The notes beneath the pieces were generated by a model, which was not told the origin of the DNA, searched no databases, and saw only the letters and a list, made by a program, of their open reading frames with translations. From Gammaproteobacteria bacterium (GTDB taxonomy: Bacteria; Pseudomonadota; Gammaproteobacteria; JABABF01): a stretch of DNA of 64,000 nt. The stretch is from the NCBI GenBank assembly GCA_965237805.1, contig OZ250153.1, forward strand, positions 1,661,585 through 1,725,584. Direction: 5' to 3'. The translations under genes were made by a program, and so were the position numbers. Below are positions 9,897 through 19,455 of the stretch, piece by piece (the stretch's first letter is position 1; the number at the start of each line of letters is the position of its first letter).

Positions 9897-11195
9897 ATGG
9901 CCGCCAGCGGGGATTTTCAGAGCCTGCGCGGCATGTCGGATTGCCTGCCGGCCGATGTGATGCCGCGGCGGCGCATCGAGCAGGAAGCTTGCGCACTGTT
10001 AGAGGGTGCTGGCTACGCCGAGATCCGCCTGCCATTGCTGGAAGACGAAGCGTTGTTTCAGCGCTCTTTGGGCGGCGCTGACGATATCGTCGTCAAGGAG
10101 ATGTACCGCTGTGTTGGCAGCGGTGGCGAGGCCACCAGTGGCGTTGCCTGCCTGCGTCCGGAGGGCACCGCCCCCTGTGTGCGCGCCGCGCTGCAACACG
10201 GCCTGTTGCGCAGCGGTGCCAAGCAGAGGCTGTGGTACGGCGGTGCCATGTTCCGGCACGAGCGGCCACAGCGTGGCCGCGAGCGCCAGTTCCACCAGAT
10301 CGGCGTCGAAGCCTTCGGCTTTGCCGGGCCGGATTTGGATGCTGAACTGATCGCCCTCAGCGCGCGCCTGTGGCATCGGCTCGGCATCGCCCAGCACCTC
10401 AGCTTGCAGCTCAACTCGCTGGGGGATGCCGAGGATCGGCAGCGCTACAGCGAGGCACTGGCCGAGTTCTTGCGCGGCCACGCCGCTCAGCTCGGCCCCG
10501 ATGACCGTCTGCGCTTGGAGCGCAGTCCGTTGCGCGTTTTGGACAGCAAGGATGCAGCGACCCGTGCGTTGCTGTCCGAGGCACCGCTGATTGATGACTA
10601 TATCGGCGATGCCGCACGGAGCCACTGCGAGGAGCTGAGGCAGTTGCTGGCGGCCATCGGCATCGATTGCCACCTGAATCAACGCCTCGTGCGCGGACTC
10701 GACTATTACAATCGCACAGTTTTCGAATGGCAGGCCAAGAGTTTGGGGGCACAGAGCGCTGTGGCTGCTGGCGGGCGTTATGATGGCTTGGTGGAGCAGC
10801 TTGGCGGGGCGGCGATGCCAGCGGCTGGTTTTGCACTCGGCGTAGAGCGCCTCGCCCTGCTGTTGGCCGACGATTCGCCGCCGCCGCCGGATGTCTACCT
10901 AGTGTCGGCGGACGGTGTCGCAGCCAGCGCCGCGCAGCTGGCCGAGACATTGCGCGATCGGCTGCCGCGGCTGCGCCTGGTGTTGCACTGCGGCGGGGGC
11001 AGCTTCAAGACCCAGCTGCGCAGTGCCGATCGCAGCGGTGCCGCGATGGCGCTGTTGCTGGGAGAGGACGAGCTGCGAGAGCACCATGTGGTGGTCAAGG
11101 AGTTGCGCCGACCCGGTGCCAAGCAACTCAGCTTGCCGGTGGATGCAGTCACCGAACTGTTGGATACCCATATAGCAGAGCGAGACGATGGCTGA
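9897..11195 (+). CDS. hisS: histidyl-tRNA synthetase
   Basis: LRPEGTA, FRHERPQRGRERQFHQ, LVRGLDYY, GGRYDGL. Confidence 0.97.
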   Translation: MAASGDFQSLRGMSDCLPADVMPRRRIEQEACALLEGAGYAEIRLPLLEDEALFQRSLGGADDIVVKEMYRCVGSGGEATSGVACLRPEGTAPCVRAALQHGLLRSGAKQRLWYGGAMFRHERPQRGRERQFHQIGVEAFGFAGPDLDAELIALSARLWHRLGIAQHLSLQLNSLGDAEDRQRYSEALAEFLRGHAAQLGPDDRLRLERSPLRVLDSKDAATRALLSEAPLIDDYIGDAARSHCEELRQLLAAIGIDCHLNQRLVRGLDYYNRTVFEWQAKSLGAQSAVAAGGRYDGLVEQLGGAAMPAAGFALGVERLALLLADDSPPPPDVYLVSADGVAASAAQLAETLRDRLPRLRLVLHCGGGSFKTQLRSADRSGAAMALLLGEDELREHHVVVKELRRPGAKQLSLPVDAVTELLDTHIAERDDG

Positions 11196-11994
11196 TCAGC
11201 CGATCTACGATAGCGAGTTGTTGGAAACGCTACAGGACTGGTGGCAGCGCTACGGTCGCAACTTGGTGGTATTGGTGGCGGTGGCCGCGGTGGGTGTGGG
11301 TGTTTGGCAGTGGCGCGAGCGTGCCCTGTCCGTGGCGATGCGAGCCGCTTCGGATGACTACGAAGCGCTGGTCGTGCAGCTGGCCGAGTGGGATGACCGG
11401 CCAATCTCGGCGGGTGCCGGGCAGGCCGTGCCAGAGCGACAGGAATTGGCGCAGCAGCTCATGGTGGCGGCCGATACCATCAGCGAGCACTATCCCGACA
11501 GCCACTACGCCCACTATGCGCAATCTATCAAAGCGCGCCTGTTGATCGAAGGCGGCGACTTGGAGGGTGCCTTGCAGTTGTTGGAGGCGCTCGCCCTGCG
11601 CCTGCCAGCGGACAGCGATTTGCAGGAATTGCTGGTGATGCGCCGTGCCCGCATCTTGGAGGCGCTGGGGCACCCCGCCGCTGCAGAGCGCTTGTTACGC
11701 ACCAGCCCGCAGCTGATCTACCCACAAGAATATCAGCTGCTGCTGGGCGATCTATTGCGTCGCCAAGGGCACCCCAAGGCGGCCATGCAGGCCTATGCCA
11801 GCGCGGTGGAGCTGTACCGCGGGCAACAGCGGGGAGAGAATATCCCCGTCAGTTTGCGCCTGCATTTGGAATCGCTGTCTAGTACGCTCGCCACGCTGCA
11901 GCTGGCCGAGGCTGCCAGTAGCACCGGCATCCCCGGCATTGACATCGACGCGCCGTTGCAGCTGCTCACAGAAGAGCCTGACGAGCAGCCCTGA
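11188..11994 (+). CDS. yfgM: YfgM-like TPR membrane protein
   Basis: LQDWWQRYG plus TM helix and TPR-like helices; lies between hisS and bamB. Confidence 0.8.
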   Translation: MADQPIYDSELLETLQDWWQRYGRNLVVLVAVAAVGVGVWQWRERALSVAMRAASDDYEALVVQLAEWDDRPISAGAGQAVPERQELAQQLMVAADTISEHYPDSHYAHYAQSIKARLLIEGGDLEGALQLLEALALRLPADSDLQELLVMRRARILEALGHPAAAERLLRTSPQLIYPQEYQLLLGDLLRRQGHPKAAMQAYASAVELYRGQQRGENIPVSLRLHLESLSSTLATLQLAEAASSTGIPGIDIDAPLQLLTEEPDEQP

Positions 11995-13130
11995 TGCGCT
12001 GCGCACTGTCCCTCTTGCCGCTGCTATTGCTGGCTGCCTGTAATTTTCTCGGTAGCCCGGGGGAGCGCCCACAGCCACTACCAGAGTTCACCGCACAGCT
12101 GGCAGCCTCGCTGCTTTGGCAACGCGATATCGGCAACGGTCAGCCACGCAGCGGGCGGCTGCAACCGGTGGTGCACGATGGGATCCTCTATGTTGCCACT
12201 GCCAATGGCGTGGTCGAGGCCGTGCGCACTGAGGATGGTGAGCCGCTGTGGTCGGCCCGTCCGCTGTCCTCGATCACCGGCGGGGTCAGTTTGGGGGCTG
12301 GTGTGGTCTTGGTCGCTGGTTCCGTCGGGGCCGTCGTGGCGCTGGCGATGCGCGATGGCATACCGCGCTGGCAAAGTCAGCTGGATTCAGCAATACTGGC
12401 ACCGCCAGCCAGTGGCGATGGGCTGGTCGCGATCAGCACGGCGGACGGGCGGCTCTACGCGGTGGCGACCGAAGACGGTGCCCCCTTGTGGAACTACCGT
12501 AGCCGCACCCCGTTGCTGGACTTGCACGGGCACAGCTCGCCCTTGGTGTTGGATGATGCGGTGGTGGCGGGCTTCTCGGGTTCCCGCTTGGCGTCCTTGG
12601 ATCGCTCTGACGGCACGCTGCGCTGGGTTGTGCGCACCGACAATCCCTCCGGCTCGACACCGGTGGCACGGCTGCGCGATATCGATGGCCAGCTGTTGCT
12701 GGATGGTGACACGATCTACATCACGACCTATCAAGGGGGTATCACCGCTGTCGACAGGAACCGCGGGCGCTTGCTCTGGTCACAGCCGGTGACGGCATTA
12801 CACGGCCCGGTCAGTGCGCTCGGCTCATTGTTTGTGGTCGGTAGTGATGGCGAGATCAGCGCGTGGGACAAACTCAGCGGGGTCGTACGCTGGCGAGTCG
12901 AAAGCCTGCGCCACCGGCAGCTCAGCCCGCCGTCGGTGGTGTCGCACTACTTGGCTTTTTGCGGCCAAGCAGGTTGGTGCCAAGTGCTCAAGCAGAGCGA
13001 CGGCTCCTATGCGGCGCGTTTCCAACACAGTGCGGGCGGTGTCAGTGCAGCACCGGTCGCCGATGGCGACCGCCTTTATATCTACGGTGACAGCGGTGTG
13101 CTCGAAGCTTGGCAACTGGTCGAGCTTTGA
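11994..13130 (+). CDS. bamB: outer membrane assembly lipoprotein BamB
   Basis: Lipobox LAAC, repeated PQQ-like DGxxxW motifs, synteny. Confidence 0.9.
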   Translation: MRCALSLLPLLLLAACNFLGSPGERPQPLPEFTAQLAASLLWQRDIGNGQPRSGRLQPVVHDGILYVATANGVVEAVRTEDGEPLWSARPLSSITGGVSLGAGVVLVAGSVGAVVALAMRDGIPRWQSQLDSAILAPPASGDGLVAISTADGRLYAVATEDGAPLWNYRSRTPLLDLHGHSSPLVLDDAVVAGFSGSRLASLDRSDGTLRWVVRTDNPSGSTPVARLRDIDGQLLLDGDTIYITTYQGGITAVDRNRGRLLWSQPVTALHGPVSALGSLFVVGSDGEISAWDKLSGVVRWRVESLRHRQLSPPSVVSHYLAFCGQAGWCQVLKQSDGSYAARFQHSAGGVSAAPVADGDRLYIYGDSGVLEAWQLVEL

Positions 13131-13148
13131 CCCTGAGCTGGGTGTGTG

Positions 13149-14591
13149 ATGACACTGCCTGTCGCGACCTTGATCGGGCGGCCGAATGTCGGTAAGTCGA
13201 TGCTATTCAATTGCCTGTGCGGTGGCCGCGATGCCTTGGTGGGTGCCGAACCGGGGCTGACCCGAGATCGCCGCTACGGTCGTTGCCGCGACCGGCACGG
13301 CGATTTCCGTTTGGTCGATGTGGGCGGCGTCGATGATGCCGCGCAGCTGGCACCGGCCCCGCTGGCGGCGATGGTGCAAGAGCAGCTGGCGCAGGCCATC
13401 GACGAAGCCGCCTTGCTGCTGTTCGTCGTCAGCGCACGCGAGGGTCTATTGCCCGTCGAGCGCAGCATCGCCGAGCGGCTGCGGCGTGCAGGGAGACCTT
13501 GGTGGCTTGCGATCAACAAGATCGATGGCCTTGACCCCGACTTGGCGCAGGCCGAATTCAGTCCACTGGCCGCTGCCCGCAACTTTGTGCTGAGCTCTGC
13601 CCACCGGCGGGGGATCGCCGAGTTGCGTGGCGGCGTGGCGCAGGAGTTGGCCGGTCGCACCGAGGCGACGGCACCGGGGCAGTCCGCCGATGTCGCGCCA
13701 GCGCAGGATGTGGAGCAGCCTTTGCGCGTGGCTGTGATCGGCCGCCCCAACGCTGGCAAGTCGACCCTGCTCAACTGCTTGCTCGGCGAGCGACGCATGG
13801 TGGTGGATGCGCAGCCCGGGGCGACGCGGGACAGCATCGCGGTGCCGCTGAGTCGCGGTGGCTGTGACTACAGCTTGGTGGACACCGCTGGCCTGCGCCG
13901 ACACGGTGACCGCGGCAGCAGGGTGGAGCGGCTGGCTGCGATGAAAGCGCTGGATGCGGTGCGCGCCAGCGATGCGGTCGTGCTCATGGTCGATGCCACG
14001 CAGGGTGCGGTGGATCAGGATCTGCGGCTACTCGGGCAGGTGTTGGAGCTCGGGCGTCCCCTGGTGTTGGCCCTGAGCAAATGGGATGCGGTGTCGCCGG
14101 TGCAGGGGGAGGCTCTGAGGGCCGAGCTGCGCCGCCGCTCGGCCTTCGCCGATTTTGTGCGCGAGCTCCCCGTGTCTGCTCACAGTGGCCACGGCATCGC
14201 CGAGCTGTTTCGAGTGCTGGAGGAGCTGCGTGCGAACTCGTTGCGTGTTCCGGGCAGCGCCACGGCGCTCAACGACATCTTGCGCCGAGCAGTTGCCGAG
14301 TGTGCACCGCCGCTGTCCGGGCGGCACCGCATTCGGCTGCGCTACGCTCATTCGGGCGGTAACCGCCCGCCCTGTGTCGTCATTCACGGCAGTCAGGCGA
14401 GCAGTACGCCGGTGTCCTATAGACGCTATTTGGAGCGCCGCTTCCGCGTCGCGATGGCACTGGTCGGATCGCCGCTGAAATTGGTGTTCCGCGATGCTGA
14501 CAATCCCTACGCCGATCGCCCCAACCGGCTGACACCGCGTCAGCAACGCCGCCGCCGCCGGCTGTTGCGCCATGTGCGCAAGGTGCGCTGA
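13149..14591 (+). CDS. der: ribosome biogenesis GTPase Der (EngA)
   Basis: Two G domains (GRPNVGKS, GRPNAGKS) and KH-like C-terminus (YRRYLE). Confidence 0.95.
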   Translation: MTLPVATLIGRPNVGKSMLFNCLCGGRDALVGAEPGLTRDRRYGRCRDRHGDFRLVDVGGVDDAAQLAPAPLAAMVQEQLAQAIDEAALLLFVVSAREGLLPVERSIAERLRRAGRPWWLAINKIDGLDPDLAQAEFSPLAAARNFVLSSAHRRGIAELRGGVAQELAGRTEATAPGQSADVAPAQDVEQPLRVAVIGRPNAGKSTLLNCLLGERRMVVDAQPGATRDSIAVPLSRGGCDYSLVDTAGLRRHGDRGSRVERLAAMKALDAVRASDAVVLMVDATQGAVDQDLRLLGQVLELGRPLVLALSKWDAVSPVQGEALRAELRRRSAFADFVRELPVSAHSGHGIAELFRVLEELRANSLRVPGSATALNDILRRAVAECAPPLSGRHRIRLRYAHSGGNRPPCVVIHGSQASSTPVSYRRYLERRFRVAMALVGSPLKLVFRDADNPYADRPNRLTPRQQRRRRRLLRHVRKVR

Positions 14592-14612
14592 GTCGCAGCG
14601 CCGACCCGGCAC

Positions 14613-15806
14613 TCAGTGTGGGCGCATATAGAGTTGTGCCTGCTCTGGTTCGATGCGGAAATCGAAACGCCGAAGATAATCCATGCCGAGTAAGCCAGCA
14701 GCGTTGGATAGCCACGCCATGTTGGTGGTGGCGATGACCAACCCGTCGACCGTGCGCCCCTCAATGCCGAGGGGGCCGGCTTCGATCAGCTGGGCGGGCA
14801 CATTGCCGCCGATAGTTTGCAGATAGGTGATGCCGCGGTCGCTATAGGACATGTGTGTGCGCTGTAGCACAGCGCCGTCAATCACGGTCAGCGAGGCTCC
14901 GGTGTCGATCAAAAATGGCAGTTTGATCCCGCCGAAGTCCAGCTCGACCAGAAAATGGCGCCCGTGCCGTTTGAGTGGGATAGGCTGTCCCCAGCTGTAC
15001 TCGTCGCTGTACTCGTTGCTGTGCTCGCGGTTGCTGTCCTCGACCACGGTTTTAGCCTCGGAGACTGCTTCCTCCTCCTCCCCCTCTTCCGTGCCGAACT
15101 GCTTGCGCTCTAAGGCCTGTGCGCGTTCGCCCCACTGCGGGTGATAGTAGATGCGGTTCAGGCTGTCGCGCGCGTCTGAGCGATCGCCGAGCTGCAGTTG
15201 GGTTGTCGCCAGCCGGTAGAACCACTCGCCATTGCCCGGGTCGAGTATGCTCAGCTCTCGCAACAGTGCCTTCACAGCTGGCCACTGTTTGCCTTGTTGC
15301 AATTCGGCCAGCTGCTGGTTGGCGGTGTTGGTGAATTCGGCTTCCAAGTCGCCGTAGGGTGCCAGTGCCGCATCGTTGCGCAGGGCTTGGTTGCGCAGTG
15401 CGCCCAACAGTTCCAAGGCTTGCTCGAGCTCGCCTTGGCTGCGCAAGATGCGGGCTTTGAGCAATCGGGCGGGGGCATCGTCCGGCACGTACTCCAGTAG
15501 CAGATTGAGCAGTTGCACTAGCGGCTTGCTGCCGCGTTCGCCGACCCGGGGGATGGTGTATTCGAGCAGCTGCTTGCGGCAGCGATCCCAGCGCGCTGTA
15601 TTTGTGCGGCAACGCAGGCGCAATCTCATCGCGGCAGCGGCGTAGTTGCTGGTGGCGAGTAGCTCGTCGAGCTGCCCCGAGGGTGCGGCGCGTGAGGATG
15701 TGTTGGGGGGGCTGTGCGAAGCTAGCCGTGGCGGCGCGTTATTCCGCCACGGCACTGCCCAAGCGATCACCAAGCCGATGACCAGTAGCATTGCCAAGCC
15801 CCGCAT
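14613..15806 (-). CDS. membrane-anchored TPR + retropepsin-like aspartyl protease
   Basis: N-terminal TM helix, TPR-like helices, C-terminal FLIDTGAS and GLLGMDYL clan AA motifs. Confidence 0.85.
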   Translation of the reverse strand: MRGLAMLLVIGLVIAWAVPWRNNAPPRLASHSPPNTSSRAAPSGQLDELLATSNYAAAAMRLRLRCRTNTARWDRCRKQLLEYTIPRVGERGSKPLVQLLNLLLEYVPDDAPARLLKARILRSQGELEQALELLGALRNQALRNDAALAPYGDLEAEFTNTANQQLAELQQGKQWPAVKALLRELSILDPGNGEWFYRLATTQLQLGDRSDARDSLNRIYYHPQWGERAQALERKQFGTEEGEEEEAVSEAKTVVEDSNREHSNEYSDEYSWGQPIPLKRHGRHFLVELDFGGIKLPFLIDTGASLTVIDGAVLQRTHMSYSDRGITYLQTIGGNVPAQLIEAGPLGIEGRTVDGLVIATTNMAWLSNAAGLLGMDYLRRFDFRIEPEQAQLYMRPH

Positions 15807-15889
15807 GACGGTTCTCTACCAGCCCCTCTCCCCCGTCTATTCAGTTCTATAATAATGCGTTGCGGCGCTTTGGGTACCAGAGGAATCCG

Positions 15890-17089
15890 ATGATGGCTGA
15901 GTTGGAGGCTTTTCGCAGCGAGGTGCGGGCGTGGTTGGAGAGCAATTGCCCCGAGTCGATACGCCGCCAGATGCGCCCGGAGGATCGGGTTTGGGCTGCC
16001 AGCAAAATCAATTTTCCCAGCGAGGATGCCAAGCTGTGGTTCGAGCGCATGTCGCAGAAAGGCTGGTGCGCCCCCGACTGGCCGACCGAATACGGTGGTG
16101 GCGGTTTGGATCCCGAGCAGTGCCGGGTGTTGCGCCAAGAGCTGCGTCGGCTGCGCTGTCGCGAGTCGCAGTACAGCTTTGGTCTGACGATGATCGGCCC
16201 GGTGTTGTTGGAGTTCGGTAGCGAAGAGCAAAAACAGGAGTTTCTGCCGCCAATCGTGCGCGGCGAGCTGCGCTGGTGCCAAGGCTACAGCGAGCCGGGT
16301 GCTGGCTCTGACCTCGCCAGTCTGAGCACCAGCGCACGCGACCTGGGCGATCACTATTTGGTCAACGGCCAGAAGATTTGGACCAGCGATGCCGACAAGG
16401 CCGATTGGATGTATTGCTTGGTTCGCACTGATTCCGAGCCAGCGAGCCGCCAGTACGGCATCAGCTTTGTGTTGCTCAAAATGCACCAGCCCGGCATCAC
16501 GATCAAACCGATCCGGTTGATCAGTGGAGAATCGCCTTTCTGCGAGGTTTTTTTCGACGATGTCCGGGTCGAGAAACAACACCTGATCGGCCAAGAGAAC
16601 GCTGGCTGGGCGTTGGCCAAGCGCCTGTTGCAGCACGAGCGCACGATGATGGCAGACCTCGCTACCGAGAGCGGCACCGAGATCTCCGTGCAGGATATCA
16701 TCGCCCAAAACCGCGAGTATCTGTGCGATGAAGACGGGCGCGTCGCCGATCCGGTGTTGCGCAGCCGCTTGGCACAGCATTTGATCAATCGCAGCTGTGT
16801 GGCGCAGACCAATGACCGGGTGGTCGCCGAGCTGGGTGCCGGTCTGCCAGCACCGGCTTCTCTGGTGATCAAGTACGCCGGCACCGAGGAGGAGAAGCGC
16901 CGCAACCAGCTGATCGTCGATCTGCTCGGCAACCGTGGTCTGGTCTGGGAGGGCGAAGATTTCGACGCGATCGAATGCGATAGTGTGCGTAAATGGCTCA
17001 ATTCGAGAGCCTATACCATCGCTGGCGGCAGCTCGGAAGTGCAGTTGAATATCATCGCCAAGCGCGTGCTGGAGCTGCCTGGGCTATGA
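15890..17089 (+). CDS. acyl-CoA dehydrogenase
   Basis: CQGYSEPGAGSDL, NGQKIWTS, TIAGGSSEVQ. Confidence 0.95.
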   Translation: MMAELEAFRSEVRAWLESNCPESIRRQMRPEDRVWAASKINFPSEDAKLWFERMSQKGWCAPDWPTEYGGGGLDPEQCRVLRQELRRLRCRESQYSFGLTMIGPVLLEFGSEEQKQEFLPPIVRGELRWCQGYSEPGAGSDLASLSTSARDLGDHYLVNGQKIWTSDADKADWMYCLVRTDSEPASRQYGISFVLLKMHQPGITIKPIRLISGESPFCEVFFDDVRVEKQHLIGQENAGWALAKRLLQHERTMMADLATESGTEISVQDIIAQNREYLCDEDGRVADPVLRSRLAQHLINRSCVAQTNDRVVAELGAGLPAPASLVIKYAGTEEEKRRNQLIVDLLGNRGLVWEGEDFDAIECDSVRKWLNSRAYTIAGGSSEVQLNIIAKRVLELPGL

Positions 17090-17278
17090 GCTGGGTGGCG
17101 CATTGATGTCCGCCGCAGGGTGTGTGGCTGAGGTAGAATGCACTCCCTCATATTTGATGCCAGAGCTGGCTGTCATGCCCCTGATCATGGAGCGGTGATG
17201 GCACGGTCACGGTTATAGTGCGCAGGGATTGTGCGATGGAGCATGGGGCACCGAAGTGCCGAGGCAGCGGGTAACTTG

Positions 17279-17749
17279 ATGGGCGAGACGCACAACTTAT
17301 TGCGGCAGGATTTCGAGCTGGGTTATTGCTATACCCGCTCCACCGGGCCGGTGATCGGTCGCTTCCTGACTGGTTTGCGCGATCGGCGTATCGTCGGCGT
17401 GCGCGCCAGCGATGGGCGGGTATTGGTGCCACCGATGGAATTCGACCCGCTCACATCGGAGCCGTTGGCCGATGGCGATTTTGTGGAATTGGAGTCCCAC
17501 GGCGAGGTGCTCTCGTGGGCGTGGGTTGCCCAGCCCAGGGCGCAGCAGCCCTTGGAGCAACCATTTGCCTACGCGTTGATTCGGCTGTCCAACGAGGGCA
17601 CGGGCGATGCCGAGGTGGTGCCGATGCTACATGCGGTCGCTGTTGACGGTGACGAGTCGGCGATGCACAGCGGCATGTCGGTGCGCGCTTGTTGGGCTGA
17701 TGAGCGTGTCGGCACCATGGCCGATCTGCGTTACTTCACAGCTATTTAG
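17279..17749 (+). CDS. OB-fold (DUF35/ChsH2-like) protein, like the N-half of Rv3521
   Basis: YTRSTGPVIGRFLTGLRD, VLVPPMEFDP, PFAYALIRL. Confidence 0.85.
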   Translation: MGETHNLLRQDFELGYCYTRSTGPVIGRFLTGLRDRRIVGVRASDGRVLVPPMEFDPLTSEPLADGDFVELESHGEVLSWAWVAQPRAQQPLEQPFAYALIRLSNEGTGDAEVVPMLHAVAVDGDESAMHSGMSVRACWADERVGTMADLRYFTAI

Positions 17750-17825
17750 ACATCGAGCGGACGGTCTGTGTTGCGATGCGATCGATGCCAGGGCATGCTT
17801 TGCCCGTGATTGAAGGAGGCTAGCG

Positions 17826-18365
17826 ATGGCCGATGACAAATCCGGTGCGGCGGTCGACGGGCCGGTGACGATGGTCGACTCGCCGATCCACCTGCAGTAC
17901 ACCGGCACCGCCGGTCGCTCAGCCAGCGTGTTTCTGAGAGGCATCGCCGAGGGGCGCATCGTCGGGATGCACTGTGCTGGCAGCGACGAGGTCTACATGC
18001 CGCCGCGCGGTTCCTGTCCCAAGCTGGGGCAGCCGACTACCGAGGAGGTAGAGCTCAGCGGCAAGGGGACGGTCACCAGCTTCACCATCGTGCATATCCC
18101 GATTCCGGGCAATCCGATCAAGCCGCCATTTGCCGTCGGCGAGATCCGCTTTGATGGTTGCGCGCTCAGCTTTATCCACCTGATCAGCGGCATCGACCCC
18201 GCCGATGTGCGCATCGGCATGCGCGTGGAGCCGCATTGGCGCCCGCGTGAGGAGTGGACTTATAGTTTTGAGAACATCAAGTACTTCCAGCCGCTGGACG
18301 AGCCGGACATCGACCCCGAGGAATTATTGCGCGCGCCACCCGGCACGGTGGGGGCGAGGTCATGA
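17826..18365 (+). CDS. Zn-ribbon/OB-fold (DUF35) protein, like the C-half of Rv3521
   Basis: VYMPPRGSCP, GTVTSFTIV, VRIGMRVE..W. Confidence 0.88.
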   Translation: MADDKSGAAVDGPVTMVDSPIHLQYTGTAGRSASVFLRGIAEGRIVGMHCAGSDEVYMPPRGSCPKLGQPTTEEVELSGKGTVTSFTIVHIPIPGNPIKPPFAVGEIRFDGCALSFIHLISGIDPADVRIGMRVEPHWRPREEWTYSFENIKYFQPLDEPDIDPEELLRAPPGTVGARS

Positions 18366-18399
18366 GCTTTTGCGGGCGCGTGCTGCGGGAGCTGTGGCG

Positions 18400-19455
18400 A
18401 TGAAAGAAGTGGCCTTGGTCGCCTATGCGCAGACCCCGATGCGCAGTGATGCGGGGGCGCTCAACGAAGTCGAGTTGCTGATGCCGCCGATCACCGAGGT
18501 GCGCGAGCGGGCTGGCCTCGCCATGTCGGAGATCGATTTCACTTGCTCGGGCAGCTGCGACTACCTGCAGGGGGCGTCTTTCGCTTTTGTCGAAGGTGTC
18601 GACGCGGTCGGCGCGGTGCCGCCGATCTGCGAATCCCATGTCGAGATGGATGCGGCGTGGGCGCTGTACGAGGCTTGGCTGGAAATCCAATCCGGCGCGG
18701 CACAAACTGCATTGGTCTACGGTTTCAGCAAGTCCTCGCCCGGCGATTTGCCGTTGATATTGGCTTTGCAGCTGGATCCCTATTACCTGTTGCCGCTGTG
18801 GCCAGATGCCGTCAGCTTGGCGGCGCTGCAGGCGCGGGTAGCCTTGGAGGGCAAGCTGATCAGTGAGCGGGAGATGGCCGAGGTGGTCTCGCGTAGCCGT
18901 CGTGCGGCGATGGGTAATCAGCACGCACTGCTCAGCGGCGAGTACAGCGTCGATGAGCTGCTGGCAGAGCCGCTATTTGCCTCGCCGTTGCGGCGTCACG
19001 ACTGCCCGCCAATCACCGACGGTGCCTCGGCACTGATCTTGGCCACCGCCGAGCGGGCGCGGGAACTCTGCGAGCGACCGGTGTATCTGCGCGGCATTGA
19101 GCACCGCATCGAGTCTTCACATCTGGGTCTGCGCGACTTGGCGCGCTCGGTGTCCACCGCCCAAGCTGCCGAGGCCGCCGGTGTGGCAGGAGACAAAGTG
19201 GAGGTGGCCGAGCTGCATGCCCAGTTCAGCCATCAGGAGCTGTTGCTCCAGCAGGCTTTGGGTTTGTCTGAGCAGACGCTGATCAATCCTTCGGGTGGGC
19301 CGTTGGCGGGCAATATCATGATGGCTGCCGGTTTGGATCGTATCGGCTCGGCGATGGAGCATATCGCCGCCGGGCGCGCCGACCGCGGCCTTGCCCACGC
19401 CAGTTCGGGGCCTTGTATGCAACAGAATATGGTCGTTGTGATGGAGGGTGCCTGA
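18400..19455 (+). CDS. thiolase-fold protein, Ltp4-like (sterol side-chain aldolase partner)
   Basis: CSGSCDYLQG..FAFV, ESHVEMDAAWALYEAW, LDPYY. Confidence 0.85.
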   Translation: MKEVALVAYAQTPMRSDAGALNEVELLMPPITEVRERAGLAMSEIDFTCSGSCDYLQGASFAFVEGVDAVGAVPPICESHVEMDAAWALYEAWLEIQSGAAQTALVYGFSKSSPGDLPLILALQLDPYYLLPLWPDAVSLAALQARVALEGKLISEREMAEVVSRSRRAAMGNQHALLSGEYSVDELLAEPLFASPLRRHDCPPITDGASALILATAERARELCERPVYLRGIEHRIESSHLGLRDLARSVSTAQAAEAAGVAGDKVEVAELHAQFSHQELLLQQALGLSEQTLINPSGGPLAGNIMMAAGLDRIGSAMEHIAAGRADRGLAHASSGPCMQQNMVVVMEGA

